Origin: Podarcis muralis | Lineage: Eukaryota | Assembly: GCF_964188315.1 (NCBI RefSeq) | Contig: NC_135659.1 | Location: 86,118,001-86,182,000, forward strand | Reading direction: 5' to 3' | DNA: 64,000 nt | Shown: positions 27,298 to 40,576 of the stretch, one piece after another | Numbering within the stretch: the first letter of the stretch is position 1 | Layout: each line of letters starts with the position of its first letter | Made by a program: the position numbers and the translations under genes | Notes under the pieces: generated by a model | Database searches by the model: none | What the model was told of the DNA's origin: nothing | The model's input: only the letters and a program-made list of their open reading frames with translations

Positions 27298-29039
27298 TGT
27301 GTATAAAGAGAAATTTGCATTTAAGCACTGATGAATTTTTATTGGGGCTTTAAAAAAAATATTCAGACTGATGTAAAAATGTGAAGAATTCAGCAAATGA
27401 GAAACTGAGTGGGGAGCCTAACAGATCCTTAAGAATGCAAGAAGAGCCTGCTGAATCAGTCCATGGCTCATCTAGTCCATGATCCTATTTTCACTGTGGC
27501 CACTCAGATGCAGGACCCAAGCACAAGAGGAATCTCACCTCCTGTGGTTTCCAGCAACTGGTATTCAGAAGCACTGCTGCGTCCAGTTGTAGAGGCGGTG
27601 CATAGCCATCATGGCTGGTAAAGATCCATACATCCCTAGCTGATATATTGCTGGCATCCGTCTGTCTTGGGAGACAATGGAGGAGTGCGCCTTTGAAGAT
27701 GAAGTCAAACTGCTGGAGAGTTACAGTGCCTGCTGTAGCTGCAGAGACCAATGTGAGGAGACATGCTTTGTCACAGCTGGGGCAGATGAAGGCTTTTGGT
27801 TGTGCTGCAGCAGATGCGCCATGACATTTCTTCTCTTTGCCCTCCTCCCAGTGGTCTTTCCTCCTCTGGATTGTCTGTCTCCAGGCCCTGCAGTCATCTG
27901 CAAGGGATTCTCACGTGGTGGAGTTGATATTGCCAGCCTTCATGTCTCATTTGCAGACATCTTTGTAATGCAGAGTTGATAGCTACAGCATGGTTGGTAG
28001 CCCAATCAAAATATCACAAAATAATCTGCAAGCTCTGGGACACTTCATCAGGCAAGATGAGGTTGAGTGGATGGAAATTGAAACCCTTGTGTCTGCATTG
28101 GTTCACAGTCTAAAGGTGGAATGGGGGAGGCAATAGTAGACCTTCAAATGAGACTCTTTTTTTGGTTGCACCAGTTGAACCAAAACCTGATGTAAACAAG
28201 AAGCATAACAACACTGGATTCAGAATCTCTGGAAACACATGAACTGGTAGCCCAGGTCTGCCTCCATTCTTCGGTAAACACACACAAGTTCCACGGCAGG
28301 GCAGAAAATGGGGATCAAGAGAAATGAGGCAGTTTCTCTGATGTGGTCATGGATGAATGAAGGTTACACCATTGTCAGGTCTATAGTGAATATTACAAGC
28401 AGGATTTAGACAAAACTAAAGCAATGCTAAGTTCCATTGATTTCACTAAGAGAGTTTAAAGCATGTGCTTAAATCAATGGGACAGAAAAGTGCCTAAGTT
28501 TGATTATATCATGCAGATTGTAGACAAAGTGGAGAGAAGAATTTGGGGATTTTCCAAGGATACCGGAAAGAAAGACAGAGAAATAAGGGATGGGGGAGCA
28601 ATGTTGCTAGGCGGATAAGTTGAGGAAGGGGCATAACCCCAGGGATAGAGAAGGTGAGTTGGATGCAAAAGGTCCCTGGCATCTCCAGTTAAAGGAACCT
28701 CATGCATCCAGGAAAGCATGTGCATAGTTCTCTTCTCTAGAGCAGTATTCTCACCTGAAGAAAACAGAGGAACATCATGTGAGGGTCATATGCCCCTTAT
28801 TTCAAGAAATGGTTCCTAATGTACTTTGTCCATTTGTTATTAGATTTTATCTTGCTTCTTTACTTTAACCATTCTCCATCAGTTAATGAGAAAAGAAACT
28901 GCATTCAAAAGGATGAAAGGTGGCTAGAAAATTTTAGTGAAATTCCCATAGATTCAGCTCAGGTGCTGAGGTTTAGTTGCACTTACTTTATTTTTGAGGG
29001 GGCTGAGGATTGTTTGTGAGTGTCCTTTCTTTCAAAAGA

Positions 29040-29300
29040 GGGCGAGGAAAATGATAAGGGGTGTGTGGACAGGTGTATGAAATTATGCCCACAGCATGGA
29101 GAAAGCGGGTGGAGAAATGTTTTTCTCCCGTAGAACTCAAGGTCATCCAATAGCCAGTGGGATATTTAGGGCAGACAAAATTAAATGTTACTTCACATCA
29201 CACATAAACTATGGGTTTCACTATTGCAAGATGTAGGTAGCCATGGCTGTCAAGTTAGATGGTTTCAAAAGGGTGTTGGACAAATTGATAGAGAACGATG
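29040..29300 (+). mobile_element. CR1 LINE 3' relic
   Basis: tagaactcaaggtcatccaa...ggacagacaaaa...ttacttcacatcacacataaactatgg...ggacaaatt, a typical CR1 ORF2 end. Confidence 0.7.
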
Positions 29301-29812
29301 CAGAGGGGCTCATTTTGGTAGTTCCTTCACCCTCAGAGGCTCAGGGGGCTGGCTGCCTTGGAGATGAAATTCTCTGTGGCAGGCCCTAAGTAATGGAGCA
29401 CCCTCCCCACATCTGGCACCTTCCTTATGTCTTCAGTATTCTCCAGAAGATGTATATCTCTTTACCCACTTGACACCTGAGGTGTATATTTTTAAGACCC
29501 ACCTTAATTTTGTGATTGTGACTTGCTTTAAATTGTATTTTTAAATACTGTGTTCTAATGTTGCAACCCTCCATGGGACCTTTGGGAGAAGGGCAGGTAA
29601 TTAATGGTGGTGGTGGTGATGTTACCTCCAGAACACACAGTGTGTCTCTGAATATGTCCCTGGGGAGCAACAGGAGAGGGCTTTCATACTCAGGTCCTGC
29701 TTGTGAGCTTCCCATAGGCATCTGGTTGGTCACTGCAGGGAACAGAATGTTAGACTCAATAGAACCTAGGTCTGAGTCAGCAGGACTGCTCTTATGTTCT
29801 TCTTCTTATTAT

Positions 29813-30399
29813 TACCGTATTTTTCGCTCTATAGGACACACTTTTTCCCCTCAAAAAATTGAGGGGAAATGTGTGTGCGTCCTATGGAGTGAATACAGGC
29901 TCCTTAGCTTCAGCGATAGCAATGCTAAGCCTCCGAAGCGCAGAGGGAGCACTCCCTCCGTGTTCCAAAGGCTTCGCGTTGCTTTCGCTGAAGCCTGGAG
30001 AGCGAGAGGCATCGGTACGCACCGACCCCTCTCACTCTCCAGGCTTCAGGAATAGCCGCGCGAAGCCTTTGGAGCACGGAGGGAGTGCTCCCTCTGCGCT
30101 TCGGAGGCTTAGCATTGCTATCGCTGAAGCTAAGGAGCCTGTATTCGCTCCATAGGACGCAGGGAGAGGCTGCATGGGGCTATGCATGGGGCTATGGCTT
30201 CTTTAGATGGATCCCGCTGGCTGCCTTGGCTTGTGACATAGCCGCGTGCAACCCCTCCGGCAGGGAGAGGTTGCGCACAGACTGTACGCTGCTCTTTGGG
30301 GCTGGGGGGGGGGAATAAGATTTTTTTTCTTGATTTCCCCCCCTAAAAACTAAGTGCGCCCTATGGTCCAGTGCGCCCTATGGAGCGAAAAATAGGGTA
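29813..30399. mobile_element. Tc1/mariner (Tc2-like) MITE with internal long palindrome
   Basis: TIRs taccgtatttttcgctctatagg and cctatggagcgaaaaatagggta, with TA ends. Confidence 0.8.
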
Positions 30400-31206
30400 A
30401 TTATTGAATTTATATACTGCCCTATACCTGCAGGTCTCAGGGAGGTTCACCTGTTCTTAGCTGGGGTACACAACATAAAAATTCTGCATGCAATCCCCGC
30501 CCCCATGCAATATTTTACCATGTGCAACTCATGCAATCAAGGGGAGAGTGGTCCACCTGAGCTGAGCTTTGGTTTGCCTATGGCATTTGCATTCCAATAG
30601 AATTTTTAAAAAAAGACAAAAACAAACAAACAACCCCAATCATATTATTCTTTGCAGGTTCCGGTTTTCGCATCTGATATGCACAGCCTTGACTATATGC
30701 CAATGAAATATTTTCATTGTGTCTCCATTGCCTGGTTTCAATGCTGGAAGAAAGTGAGGCAAATATTGAACGCTGGGTTCCTTTCTTGCGTCATTTTTCA
30801 GAGTGGGTCCTTCAACTCTGCAGTATGTTAGGGATATTTCCCCCCCCCACTCCCCCCCTCTCTCTCCTGCACAATAGCAGCCGTTGGTATCCATTTTTGA
30901 TTGGCTAGCAGTTCCGAGATGCTTCCTGTTGGCCCCCATTCTGCCTCCTAAAGGGAAGAAGTAGTTGTATGTCATGACACACCTTAAATTGTAAGAAAGC
31001 AGTTTATGTTCACAACAAGTGGCTTTCTCGGGGAATTTGAGTCAAGAGAGTGACCTGCTGCTGCATGATTTACATTGCTTTAAATATACAGAGAAGCTCT
31101 TTTAAATTCATTTGCAAATGAACTGATAGGAATTTCTATAGCCTGCCTGCTCCCTGTTTCCTTTATGCCTTTTTTTTTGTTTGCGGGGGGGGGGGGTGTC
31201 TTTATG

Positions 31207-31244
<38 letters not shown>

Positions 31245-31602
31245 AAAACATGCCAACTGGTTTTACAACTGTTAAAAATAAACAAACTCCCCCTCCTCCT
31301 TTTCTAAAGGGCCTCCTGGTGGTCCCGATAACCCAGAGGAAGGAAGAAAAAGAAAATGATCGTGACCATAGCTTATGCTGTTTGGGGATGTGGGGAATCC
31401 GGATACCATGGAAATAGCAATTGTGCTCAGTGTAGTTTTACATGATTCACATATAAATGAAGAGCATTTCAAATGGGAGGAACTTAATGAGCCACAGAAA
31501 ATAGTGTGCATGCTGAAATCAGCTTAACTTTGATTAAAGGTGGCATATTGCCACAAATGATGGCGATAAAAAAAAGGAGAGATATTGGGAAGTGAAAGGC
31601 AT

Positions 31603-31974
31603 GGTAAAGGTAAAGGTAAAGGTACCCCTGCCCGTACGGGCCAGTCGTGTCCAACTCTAGGGTTGTGCGCCCATCTCACTTAAGAGGCCGGGGGCCAGCG
31701 CTGTCTGGAGACACCTCCGGGTCACGTGGCCAGCGTGACGAAGCTGCTCTGGCGAGCCAGCACCAGTGCAGCACACGGAAACGCCGTTTACCTTCCTGCT
31801 ATAAAGTGGTCCCTATTTATCTACTTGCACCCGGGGGTGCTTTCGAACTGCTAGGTGGGCAGGAGCTGGGACCGAAAGACGGGAGCTCACCCCGCCGCGG
31901 GGATTCGAACCGCCGACCATACGATCGGCAAGCCCTAGGCACTGAGGTTTTACCCACAGCGCCACCCGCGTCCC
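31603..31974 (-). mobile_element. Sauria SINE, variant subfamily
   Basis: Distinct 3' segment ggtacccctgcccgtacgggccagtcgtgtcc, shared with the copy at 39092. Confidence 0.88.
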
Positions 31975-32174
31975 ATACTCAGACCCCTGGTGTGGGGCAA
32001 AACCTTTGTATATCTGCTTGTTTTTCTGTTGGCCAAACCAACATATTGTTACATGTCACCCTAATCTCTGAGTTGGGAGAGATTCCAGGGTAACCAGGTT
32101 TGGCTTCCTTGGAATGAAGGTCAGCAGAGACTGCGGTGTGTCTTTAGGATGTGTGGTTTTGTTTACACATACAT

Positions 32175-32385
32175 TCATACTTCGGAATCCATTCTGGAAG
32201 TCCATTCGACTTCCAAAACGTTCAGAAACCAAAGCACAGCTTCTGAATGGCTGCAGGAAGCTCCTGCGGCCAATCAGAAGCCCTGTCGGACATTCGGCTT
32301 CCAAAAATAGTTCGCAATCCGGAACACTTCTCGGTTTTCAGCGTTCGGGAGCCAAAGCTGTTCAAAAACCAAAGTACGACTGTAT
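32175..32385. mobile_element. Tigger/pogo-like MITE fragment
   Basis: Right end aaccaaagtacgactgta. The left TIR was not seen. Confidence 0.5.
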
Positions 32386-33619
32386 ATACAAGCCGAGTAT
32401 AAGATGGTAGGGCTCACAGCATTTAACAACCATTGCTTCTCCATTAGTTGCAGCTTGGATCTAGCACAGAACAAGCCTGTCTCTAGCTTTCACACACTTC
32501 TCTGGCTATAGTTCTTCTACCTAGCAACTAGGTGGGGTGGCAAAAAGGCCCACCCAGTTCCTCTATGGCACAGAGCAACTTCTTTGGCTATGCTAATCAT
32601 GGTGCTTAACCAATTGTGGTGTTCGTCCAAGCCATTTCCTAGCCAACCTTGCTCTTACGCATTCTACCCCCCACAGGTACATGTTCCCAAGAATTGGAAG
32701 GGACTCAGGGGACCATCTGGAGTAACCCTCCTGCCACAACTTGTAGCATCATGTTTCCATGGCTCCCCTCCACTTCTTTGTGTGTTAAGAAGTTCCAAGG
32801 TAAGACTATCCATTACTCTTGACCGTAGGCAACCACCTGAAAATAGCATCTTCCTGAAAAGTTCTCTGTTCTCTTGCTCATCACATTTCCCCACCTTGAT
32901 CCAAGTGCTGGAGAAGAACTGTAGCTCAATGGCAGTGCAGGACATCCCAAGTTCAATCCCCAGCAGATAGGGGGATTGTCTGAAGTCCTGGAGAGGTGCA
33001 GTCCATGCATACACTGCTGGCTAGAGTAGATAATATTGAACCAGGTGGACTGATTGTCTGACTTTTAGAAGACAGCTTCCTAAATCTTACCTTGTCTCCC
33101 ATTGCCATTCAATATAATTGGCTAGTGAAGAAACATCACATGCAATGAAGAAGGACTAAATGCTATCGGTGATGAGAGGAAAGAAGGCCTCAGCATATTG
33201 CTGTGTAATGTGTCATCCCAACCTGGTGGGGAACTCCCTGGGAGGACAGAGTATCAGAGAACTGTTGTGCTTTGCAGTTTCTGTTTACTTAATAATATGC
33301 AAGTGCAGCTCTGGGGGAAAGCGGCTGCATAAATACCTAGACTTTTGAAATGCCTCCATTTCCGCAAAGATAAACACTATGCCTGTATCACACACGCACC
33401 CTGCAAGCACAACCGTCTCTTCCAGCTGCAAAAGTCATACCTCTTTCTCCTTCACTCATCACATTCAAATAACTCAAAGGATGGTACTCAACTCACTGAA
33501 AGTAATTGTCTCACTGAAAGTAATTGTCCTAATTCTGTCATGTTCATCCACTTCAGTGGGTCTACTCCTGAGTAAAACCTAGCTGAATAGCGTCCAAAGT
33601 TTTGTGCTTCAGCTTTCAT

Positions 33620-33930
33620 CTTAGCATGAGGTCCAGCGCCGAGGGCCTTCTGGCGGTTCCCCCACTGTGAGAAACAAAGCTACAGGGAACCAGGCAGAGG
33701 GCCTTCTCGGTAGTGGCGCCCTGTGGAACACCCTCTCATCAGATGTCAAAGAGATAAACAACTACCTAACATTTAGAAGACATCTGAAGGCAGCTCTGTT
33801 CAGGGAAGTTTTTAATGTGTGACATTTTAATGTATTTTGAAATTTTGTTGGAAGCTGCCCAGAGTGGCTGGGGAGACCCAGCCAGATGGGCAGGGTACAA
33901 ATAAATTATTATTATATTATTATTATTATC
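33620..33930 (+). mobile_element. L2 LINE 3' fragment
   Basis: Same family as 7508, with an (ATT)n tail. Confidence 0.85.
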
Positions 33931-34983
33931 TAATTAGCTGTTAACCACCAGCCATCAACGTTCATGTAAGCAAGCACCTTCTAGCCATCAGTGGCTACCC
34001 AGGGTACATATTTGGAGGAAAAGGTCATTTGCTGTCTTTGCAAGACGTAAGCATATGAAGATTTCAAACTTTTAACGTGTTCAGGTTGTAGCCCTAGTGC
34101 CACTTTACCTGGGTGTAAGTCCCACTGAATTCAATAGGGTTTAGTTCTGAGTAGGATTGCATAAAGATGTCTAATTCTGCTCCCCCACCAGACTGCATAG
34201 CATTCCTCATCCATTCGATGAGGAATATGACCCATAGTAAAAAGAAAGCCTAGAAAATCCTGGTAGATTATTCAATATCTGTATTTATGCCAAACATATT
34301 TCAAAATGTATGCTGAAAAGCAAAACATTGCATTGCTTCAGATAACTATGTGCATTAAGGCTGAATGCTAATTTTAGGTCTTCAGAACTCTGCTGCGCTT
34401 GAAGATTTGAATCTAGTCATCTTAGTAATGCTGCGCCAAAAAAAACCACCCCCCATTTTTCTTCTTCTATCAAACCATTATCTATCAATGAATGAAAAAA
34501 AGAAAGAAATTAAATTCTAAAATTTGCAAAGGGAAAAGAAAAATTTGGATAACTTCTCTCGGGTGGTGTGAGAGTTTTTTTGTTGCACTGGCCTTACTCT
34601 TGAGGTGGCAGAGGGGTGTTTGTGAGTGCCCTCATTTTCATTCTACAAATCATCTCTCTACATCCTTGATGGTCCAACTTAATGAAAAACTCTGTCAGTT
34701 CCTCAGCTAAGGTTATCTGTAGAGGTTGGAAGGTACAGAAGTTGTTTGCCATGTACCCAACAGCTGTCCCTTAGTAGTCTTCTTTTCTTTTAAAGAAATC
34801 ACAGTGGTAACCTTTTTGTTTTCAAAATGAAGGACTTCACTTAAAAAAGAAGTTTCCCTGGCTTCCCATCCCTCAGTTAAAGCTTGGAGAACAATAGCAT
34901 GAGACATAACCTACTGAATAGCTCAGCTGGTAAGAGCATGGTGCTGATAATGCCAAGGTTGCAGGTTCAATCCCCATTATATA

Positions 34984-35197
34984 TACAGTGGTACCTCGGG
35001 TTACAAATGCTTCGGGTTACAAACTCCGCTAACCGGAAGTAGTTGCTCCGGGTTGCAAACTTTGCCCCTGGATGAGAATGGAAATTGTGTGCTGGCAGCA
35101 GCAGGAGGCCGCATTAGCAAAAGCGTGCCTCAGGTTAAGAACAGTTTCGGGTTAAGAACGGACCTCTGGAACGAATTAAGTTTGTAATCTTAGGTAC
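34984..35197. mobile_element. Tigger/pogo-like MITE
   Basis: Left TIR tacagtggtacctcgggttac with repeated ggttaagaac units. The right TIR is truncated. Confidence 0.75.
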
Positions 35198-35596
35198 ATA
35201 TATATATCACCATTTTTTCCCCTCACCACGGGGACCGACTTCCGGGTCGGACAAGCACCAGAAATAGCATGTGTGCACCGAGAGGTCTGCCTGGGAGTAG
35301 ACTGGACCAGCCTCAGAAAACGTTGCTGACCCCTGGACTAGATTATCCTCAGGGTCCTTTCCAATTCTATGATTCTAACTCCTCCAGGGGTTTGTTTTAT
35401 TTTATTTTAATTTATTTTCTTCCATTTATAGTCAACCTTTTCCCCCATCATGGGATCCAATGTGGTGTAGTGGTCAGAGTGCTGGACTAGGGCTAAGACC
35501 TGGGAGACCAACGTTCAAATCCCCATTCTTCCCTGAAGCTCACTGGGTGACTTTGGACCAGCCACTGTCTTTTAGCTGAACCTACCTCACAGGGTA

Positions 35597-35950
35597 GGGA
35601 CGCGGGTGGCACTGTGGTCTAAACCACTGAGCCTAGGGCTTGCCGATCAGAAGGTCAGCGGTTCGAATCCCCGCGATGGGGTGAGCTCCCGTTGCTCAGC
35701 CCCTGCTCCTGCCAACCTAGCAGTTCGAAAGCACGCCAAAGTGCAAGTAGATAAATAGGTATCACTCCAGCGGGAAGGTAAACTGCATTTCCGTGTGCTG
35801 CTCTGGTTCACCAGAAGCGGCTTAGTAATGCTGGCCACATGACCCGGAAGCTGTACGCCGGCTCCCTCGGCCAATAAAGCGAGATGAGTGCTGCAACCCC
35901 AGAGTCGGTCACGACTGGACCTAATGGTCAGGGGTCCCTTTACCTTTACC
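35597..35950 (+). mobile_element. Sauria SINE nested in an older Squam3/MIR-like SINE
   Basis: Full body with TSD tacctcacagggt. The host SINE spans about 35455-35596 and 35951-36040. Confidence 0.9.
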
Positions 35951-36050
35951 TTACCTCACAGGGTCGCTGCAGGGATCAAATGGAGAGGCAGGGAAACCAT
36001 GCCTGCTGCCACCTTGAGCTCCTTGGAGGAAATCTGATAAATAAAGACCT

Positions 36051-36131
36051 GCGGTTCCCATCTGAGCACTGATCGGTTCCCATCCCAAGCAGTTTCCCAT
36101 CTGAGCACTGATGAGACCCAGGGCTGCTTAT
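36051..36131 (-). repeat. Degenerate 5S rRNA-derived fragment with local duplication
   Basis: gcggttcccatctgagcactgat...gagacccagggctgctta resembles the reverse complement of the 5S internal control region (gcggtctcccatccaagtactaaccaggcccgaccctgctta). Confidence 0.4.
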
Positions 36132-36207
36132 ATTTCTATACAGTATCTTCAAACCATACCTCCAACCAGCTGCGGAGGCTGCAGAGAGCTGGCGATGTTC
36201 TTAATGG

Positions 36208-36258
<51 letters not shown>

Positions 36259-37385
36259 ACCCTTGGCCATCTCATACTGCTAATGAAAGCTGAACCCTGC
36301 ACCCATCCTTTTTTAAAAAAATAAAAATAGAATCTAAATCACCGTGCAAATGAGGCAGAAAAACAAAGGCCACTTTCTTAGGGTAAGAAAGCTTCTAAAA
36401 AATTGAAGGGCAAAGCACAGAGTAGTGCTACTTCTTAATGGGTGGGTAGATGAACTAAGGTCTTCCGAAATCTGTCTACCGGATATAGAGCCAACCTATC
36501 CAGCTATCTTCTTAAGTTTAGCGAAGTTTAATTAACACTCCGCTGAGAGTTGAACTTTGATATAATTTAGCAATTGAGGCTCATTTTAGGCTCATTTTAA
36601 TTAGCTGGCAAGAAGCGGCTTGTTCCACAAAGTGCATAGGTTCGCAGCCAATGATAGTTTTAGTTAGTTAAGATTTACTTGCTACTCTATTCTGAGGGCT
36701 CAGGCTGGATTACAGCTAAGTGAAAATTAGCGCTGAGCTAAAACTACTCACTGCGTCATATTCATGATCGCAAGCTGGAAGGATCCTTCAGCTCTCAGCA
36801 GTTTAGCATGTTCATTTTTAAAATGTTAGCATTGCTTTGGTGCTGCTCAGCACCCTTTTATTACTCTGCCTGCTGCCACTTCTCGATGCCCCTTTCTATG
36901 CCCTCACTGCCCCTGGGCCTTGCTTGCCTTCACTGCCAATAATGTCACGATTCTATGCGGTGACATCATGGGTAGCCATAAGTAGAATATCGTGGGTTGT
37001 TACAACCTATAAAACAGCAACGAAGGGAAAGAAGAAAGCAACGAGAAAAGGTGGTTAGAATGTGTTGGACCATAACAACAATGTTAGTGTTTGGCAAAGT
37101 GATTTTTTAATAATATAATAATAATGGTCCAGCTGCATCACATAAACTAATTTTGAAGCAATGCTGGAATTTGGGAAATGATTGATCCCAAAATGTCCCT
37201 AGTTTCCCTGCCAGTGCCAAACTTGGGGAAGAGGATGAGCCAGCACTTGTCCCAAGCGATGACAATGGTAGCTGCAGAGGCTGTAAGGGAGTCTCCTCCC
37301 TTGGGAGGGGCAGGGGAGGAGGAGAGGCTGACGCTGCCAAGGCCCAGCCCCACATGACACACTGGCTCTAAGGGGAAGGGAAGGC

Positions 37386-37700
37386 CAGGGCCGTCTTAAG
37401 CATATCCGGTGCCGTGGTGCAAAGATCCCCCCGGCGCCTCCCCCCTTTCCCAGTGTTGTTGACCTTTTCCCAAGCCTCTGCGGGGATCGCTTTCCTCCCA
37501 CTAAGGCTTGGGAGGCAAGCTTCACACCCGCCAACCATATAGTTCGTGGGGCGCAGCTTCCATCCGAAGCCTCTGCAGGGATCGCTCTCCTCCCGCGGAG
37601 GCTTAGGAGGCAAGCTGCATGCCCACCAGCCATATGGTTGATGGGGCACAGCTGGCGGGTGTGCAGGGAAAGGGAAGGCCGCCGGCAAAGCGATTAAGGA
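37386..37700. mobile_element. Truncated hAT-like element with internal duplication
   Basis: Starts cagggccgtcttaag. The unit cctctgc(g/a)gggatcgct...ggaggcaagct occurs twice. The other TIR was not seen. Confidence 0.4.
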
Positions 37701-39091
37701 GTTTTCTCAGGGCAGTGGAGGGTATGTGTGCTGGATCCCACTGGTGTAGCAGTGGTGGCACTCAAAGTTCTTCTGATAGGAAATTCTCTATGGGAGGGCA
37801 TGGAGACACACAAAAATGGGGGGTTGAGGAGGACCAGTTGTGGGGCAAAGTGAGAAATACTCCTATTTTCATCTGAGGAATGTTGAAGGATATGGCAGTG
37901 CGGCTTAACAATCCAGGTATGACCAACCCTTCCTAGTAGGAAAAAAACCACCAGATTGTTTCAAGTAAATCTTGTATTCTAATGCAAAAGAATGAAAAGT
38001 TGAGAATACATAGTAGGTGATTGGCTAGACAGAATAGTATTATTGGATTCCATCAAACTATAAACCTACCACTTTCTCAATACCATTCATTCATTCATTC
38101 ATTCATTTATTTTAAAAAAAATAAAACCTCTCCCAAGCTTGCCTCATACTATCTTGGAAATGTTCTGTGAACTTCTCCAAAGAGTAGGACTCAGTCAGTC
38201 CCTTGGTCCATCTACCATCTATCAAAGAGGTTCATGACAGCTACACATAAAACCTCGCAATAAAAACCATGTAAGAAAGTCAAAATTGGAAATCAGATAT
38301 TATGAAAAGATGCATTCTTAATTACCTGACAGAATAGACAGTTTTTCAGAAGGGGTTTAAAAGTTGAAACAGAAGGCACCTGCTGAATTTCTATGTTTTG
38401 GGGGTTTTGGATGGTAATATGAAGATTGCAGTCTCCTTTTCCAACCATCCTAATAGGCACCAAATCAATGAGGTGCTATCTTGCATGAATATCTAAGGGT
38501 TAGCAGCTGCCCCGTTGTTCAGCTGAGGTTCATTCTTCCTATTTCAGGAGCAGAGTAGAAAGATAGGGCAGAACAACATTTCTCAGTCATCCTTTCCCAG
38601 GCACTATATATAGCACATGTAACACCCTTTTCCACTCACACGATAAAAATAATTTTCTCTGTTCATTTGCAAGTCCTATGCCCCCTCCCCCTGATCTCAC
38701 AGGCAATTTGCCGTCCTTCCATTTATTGTGTGATTATTAAAACCAACACTCAAACCGGCAAATATCTGGGGGAAGTGCAAATTTCTTTAGCGAGGCAAGT
38801 TAGTTAGCTGTAAAATGCATTGTGACGATTCTGTGAAACTAATTGCTTTTGTAACTTTTGCTTCTGTTCCTAACATTTTGCCCCTTCCATCAACACAATA
38901 CTAGTATCTTGAATCACTCCGACAGTGAACTATGCTAAAACTGGTATTAGCCTCTCTCTCTTTTTAATTAAAAAAGGTAGGGCAATATCATGCAGTTGGA
39001 ACCGACAATGAGACATTGCAATGTATCTTTAGTTTCAAGGTGCTCCTCTTCAAGGTTTCTTCCTTCCAACCAGCCATGCCCTCATCCAGAT

Positions 39092-39449
39092 AAGGTAAAA
39101 GGTAAAGGTACCCCTGCCCGTACGGGCCAGTCGTGTCCGACTCTAGGGTTGTGCGCCCATCTCACTTAAGAGGCCGGGGGGCCAGCGCTGTCCGGAGACA
39201 CTTCCGGGTCACGTGGCCAGCGTGACAAAGCTGCATCTGGCGAGCCAGCGCAGCACATGGAACGCCGTTTACCTTCCCGCCAGTCCCTATTTATCTACTT
39301 GCACCCGAAGGTGCTTTCGAACTGCTAGGTTGGCAGGCGCTGGGACTGAACAACGGGAGCGCACCCCGCCGCGGGGATTCGAACCGCCGACCTTTCGATC
39401 AGCAAGCCCTAGGCGCTGAGGCTTTTACCCACAGCGCCACCCGCGTCCC
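39092..39449 (-). mobile_element. Sauria SINE, variant subfamily
   Basis: TSD tcatccagata (39082-39092 and 39450-39460). Confidence 0.9.
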
Positions 39450-39836
39450 TCATCCAGATACTTACTCTTAAATGGAAGCCCAGGATGGGCATTCCACTCC
39501 AAGCTTTTTTTCTGTTCCACCCTGGATCCATTGCATGTGACACTGTGACTGTTCCACTGCAATTCGTCTTCCACACAAAACTATGCTATTCATCTCACTG
39601 CCTACTGGTTTGAATTTATGTAACCTACATGATTAAGTGCACAAGTGACCTTGTTGCGTTTTTCCACTCCATTCATTTCAGTACAAGGGAAACACAATGC
39701 CAATGGACAAAGAAAGGTCATCAGTTACGTACTGTTTGCAGACAGAAAGCAACAGCAACCAATCACATTCACTGGATTGATTTCCATTCCAGGCATGGGA
39801 CGACTAAGCAAACAACAAACCTGAAATGCAATGCCA

Positions 39837-40040
39837 TACAGTGGTACCTCAGGTTACATACGCTTCAGGTTACATACGCTTCAGGTTACAGATTCCGCTA
39901 ACCCAGAAATAGTGCTTCAGGTTAAGAACTTTGCTTCAGGAGGCCCCATTAGCTAAAGTGGTGCTTCAGGTTAAGAACAGTTTCAGGTTAAGAACGGACC
40001 TCCAGAACAAATTAAGTACTTAACCCGAGGTACCACTGTA
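39837..40040. mobile_element. Tigger/pogo-like MITE
   Basis: TIRs tacagtggtacctcaggtta and taacccgaggtaccactgta, with TA ends. Confidence 0.85.
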
Positions 40041-40564
40041 GTTTGGAATTCACTGTTATGTATTTATGAATTTGAATTTGAAGTTGACCTGATATGAGAA
40101 ATGTATTGCACATCTATCACACATTGACTGCTGCTGTATGGTGGCAGTCAAATGCTGATGGCCGCAAGTGAGATTTGATGAAGTCTTGAGCCCTAGACCT
40201 GGACATGAGTGTTAATAGTGCCTGTATTCAGCAAAACAGGAGCAAGGATCCTGGTTATGCTGTGAAGACCCACCTTGATGTCAAGCCGGGAGCCGGGAGC
40301 TGGTCAGCAATAACTCACATGTCAGTGAAGTGAACTCTTTATTCCAAGAAACAAAAGAGCTCAGGCTTAGTTAGCACAACAACTCTTCCCAGTAGGCTTT
40401 GCCACAAAATCTTCCTGCTCACCAGGACTACGTTTCTACACCCCTGACCTAAGATGCTGGGCTTGGGGGTGGAACTCAACAGCTAAAACAACAGTAATTC
40501 AACCAATTTTTCTTCATTTGAAAAGATGGCAATACTTACTTTCGTGATCAGCATTGCAGCATTG

Positions 40565-40576
40565 TTTATTTTTATT
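40565..40576 (-). terminator. Candidate polyadenylation signal of the formin gene (tandem AATAAA)
   Basis: The plus strand reads tttatttttatt, which is AATAAAAATAAA on the minus strand, about 830 nt after the stop codon. Inference only. Confidence 0.3.
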
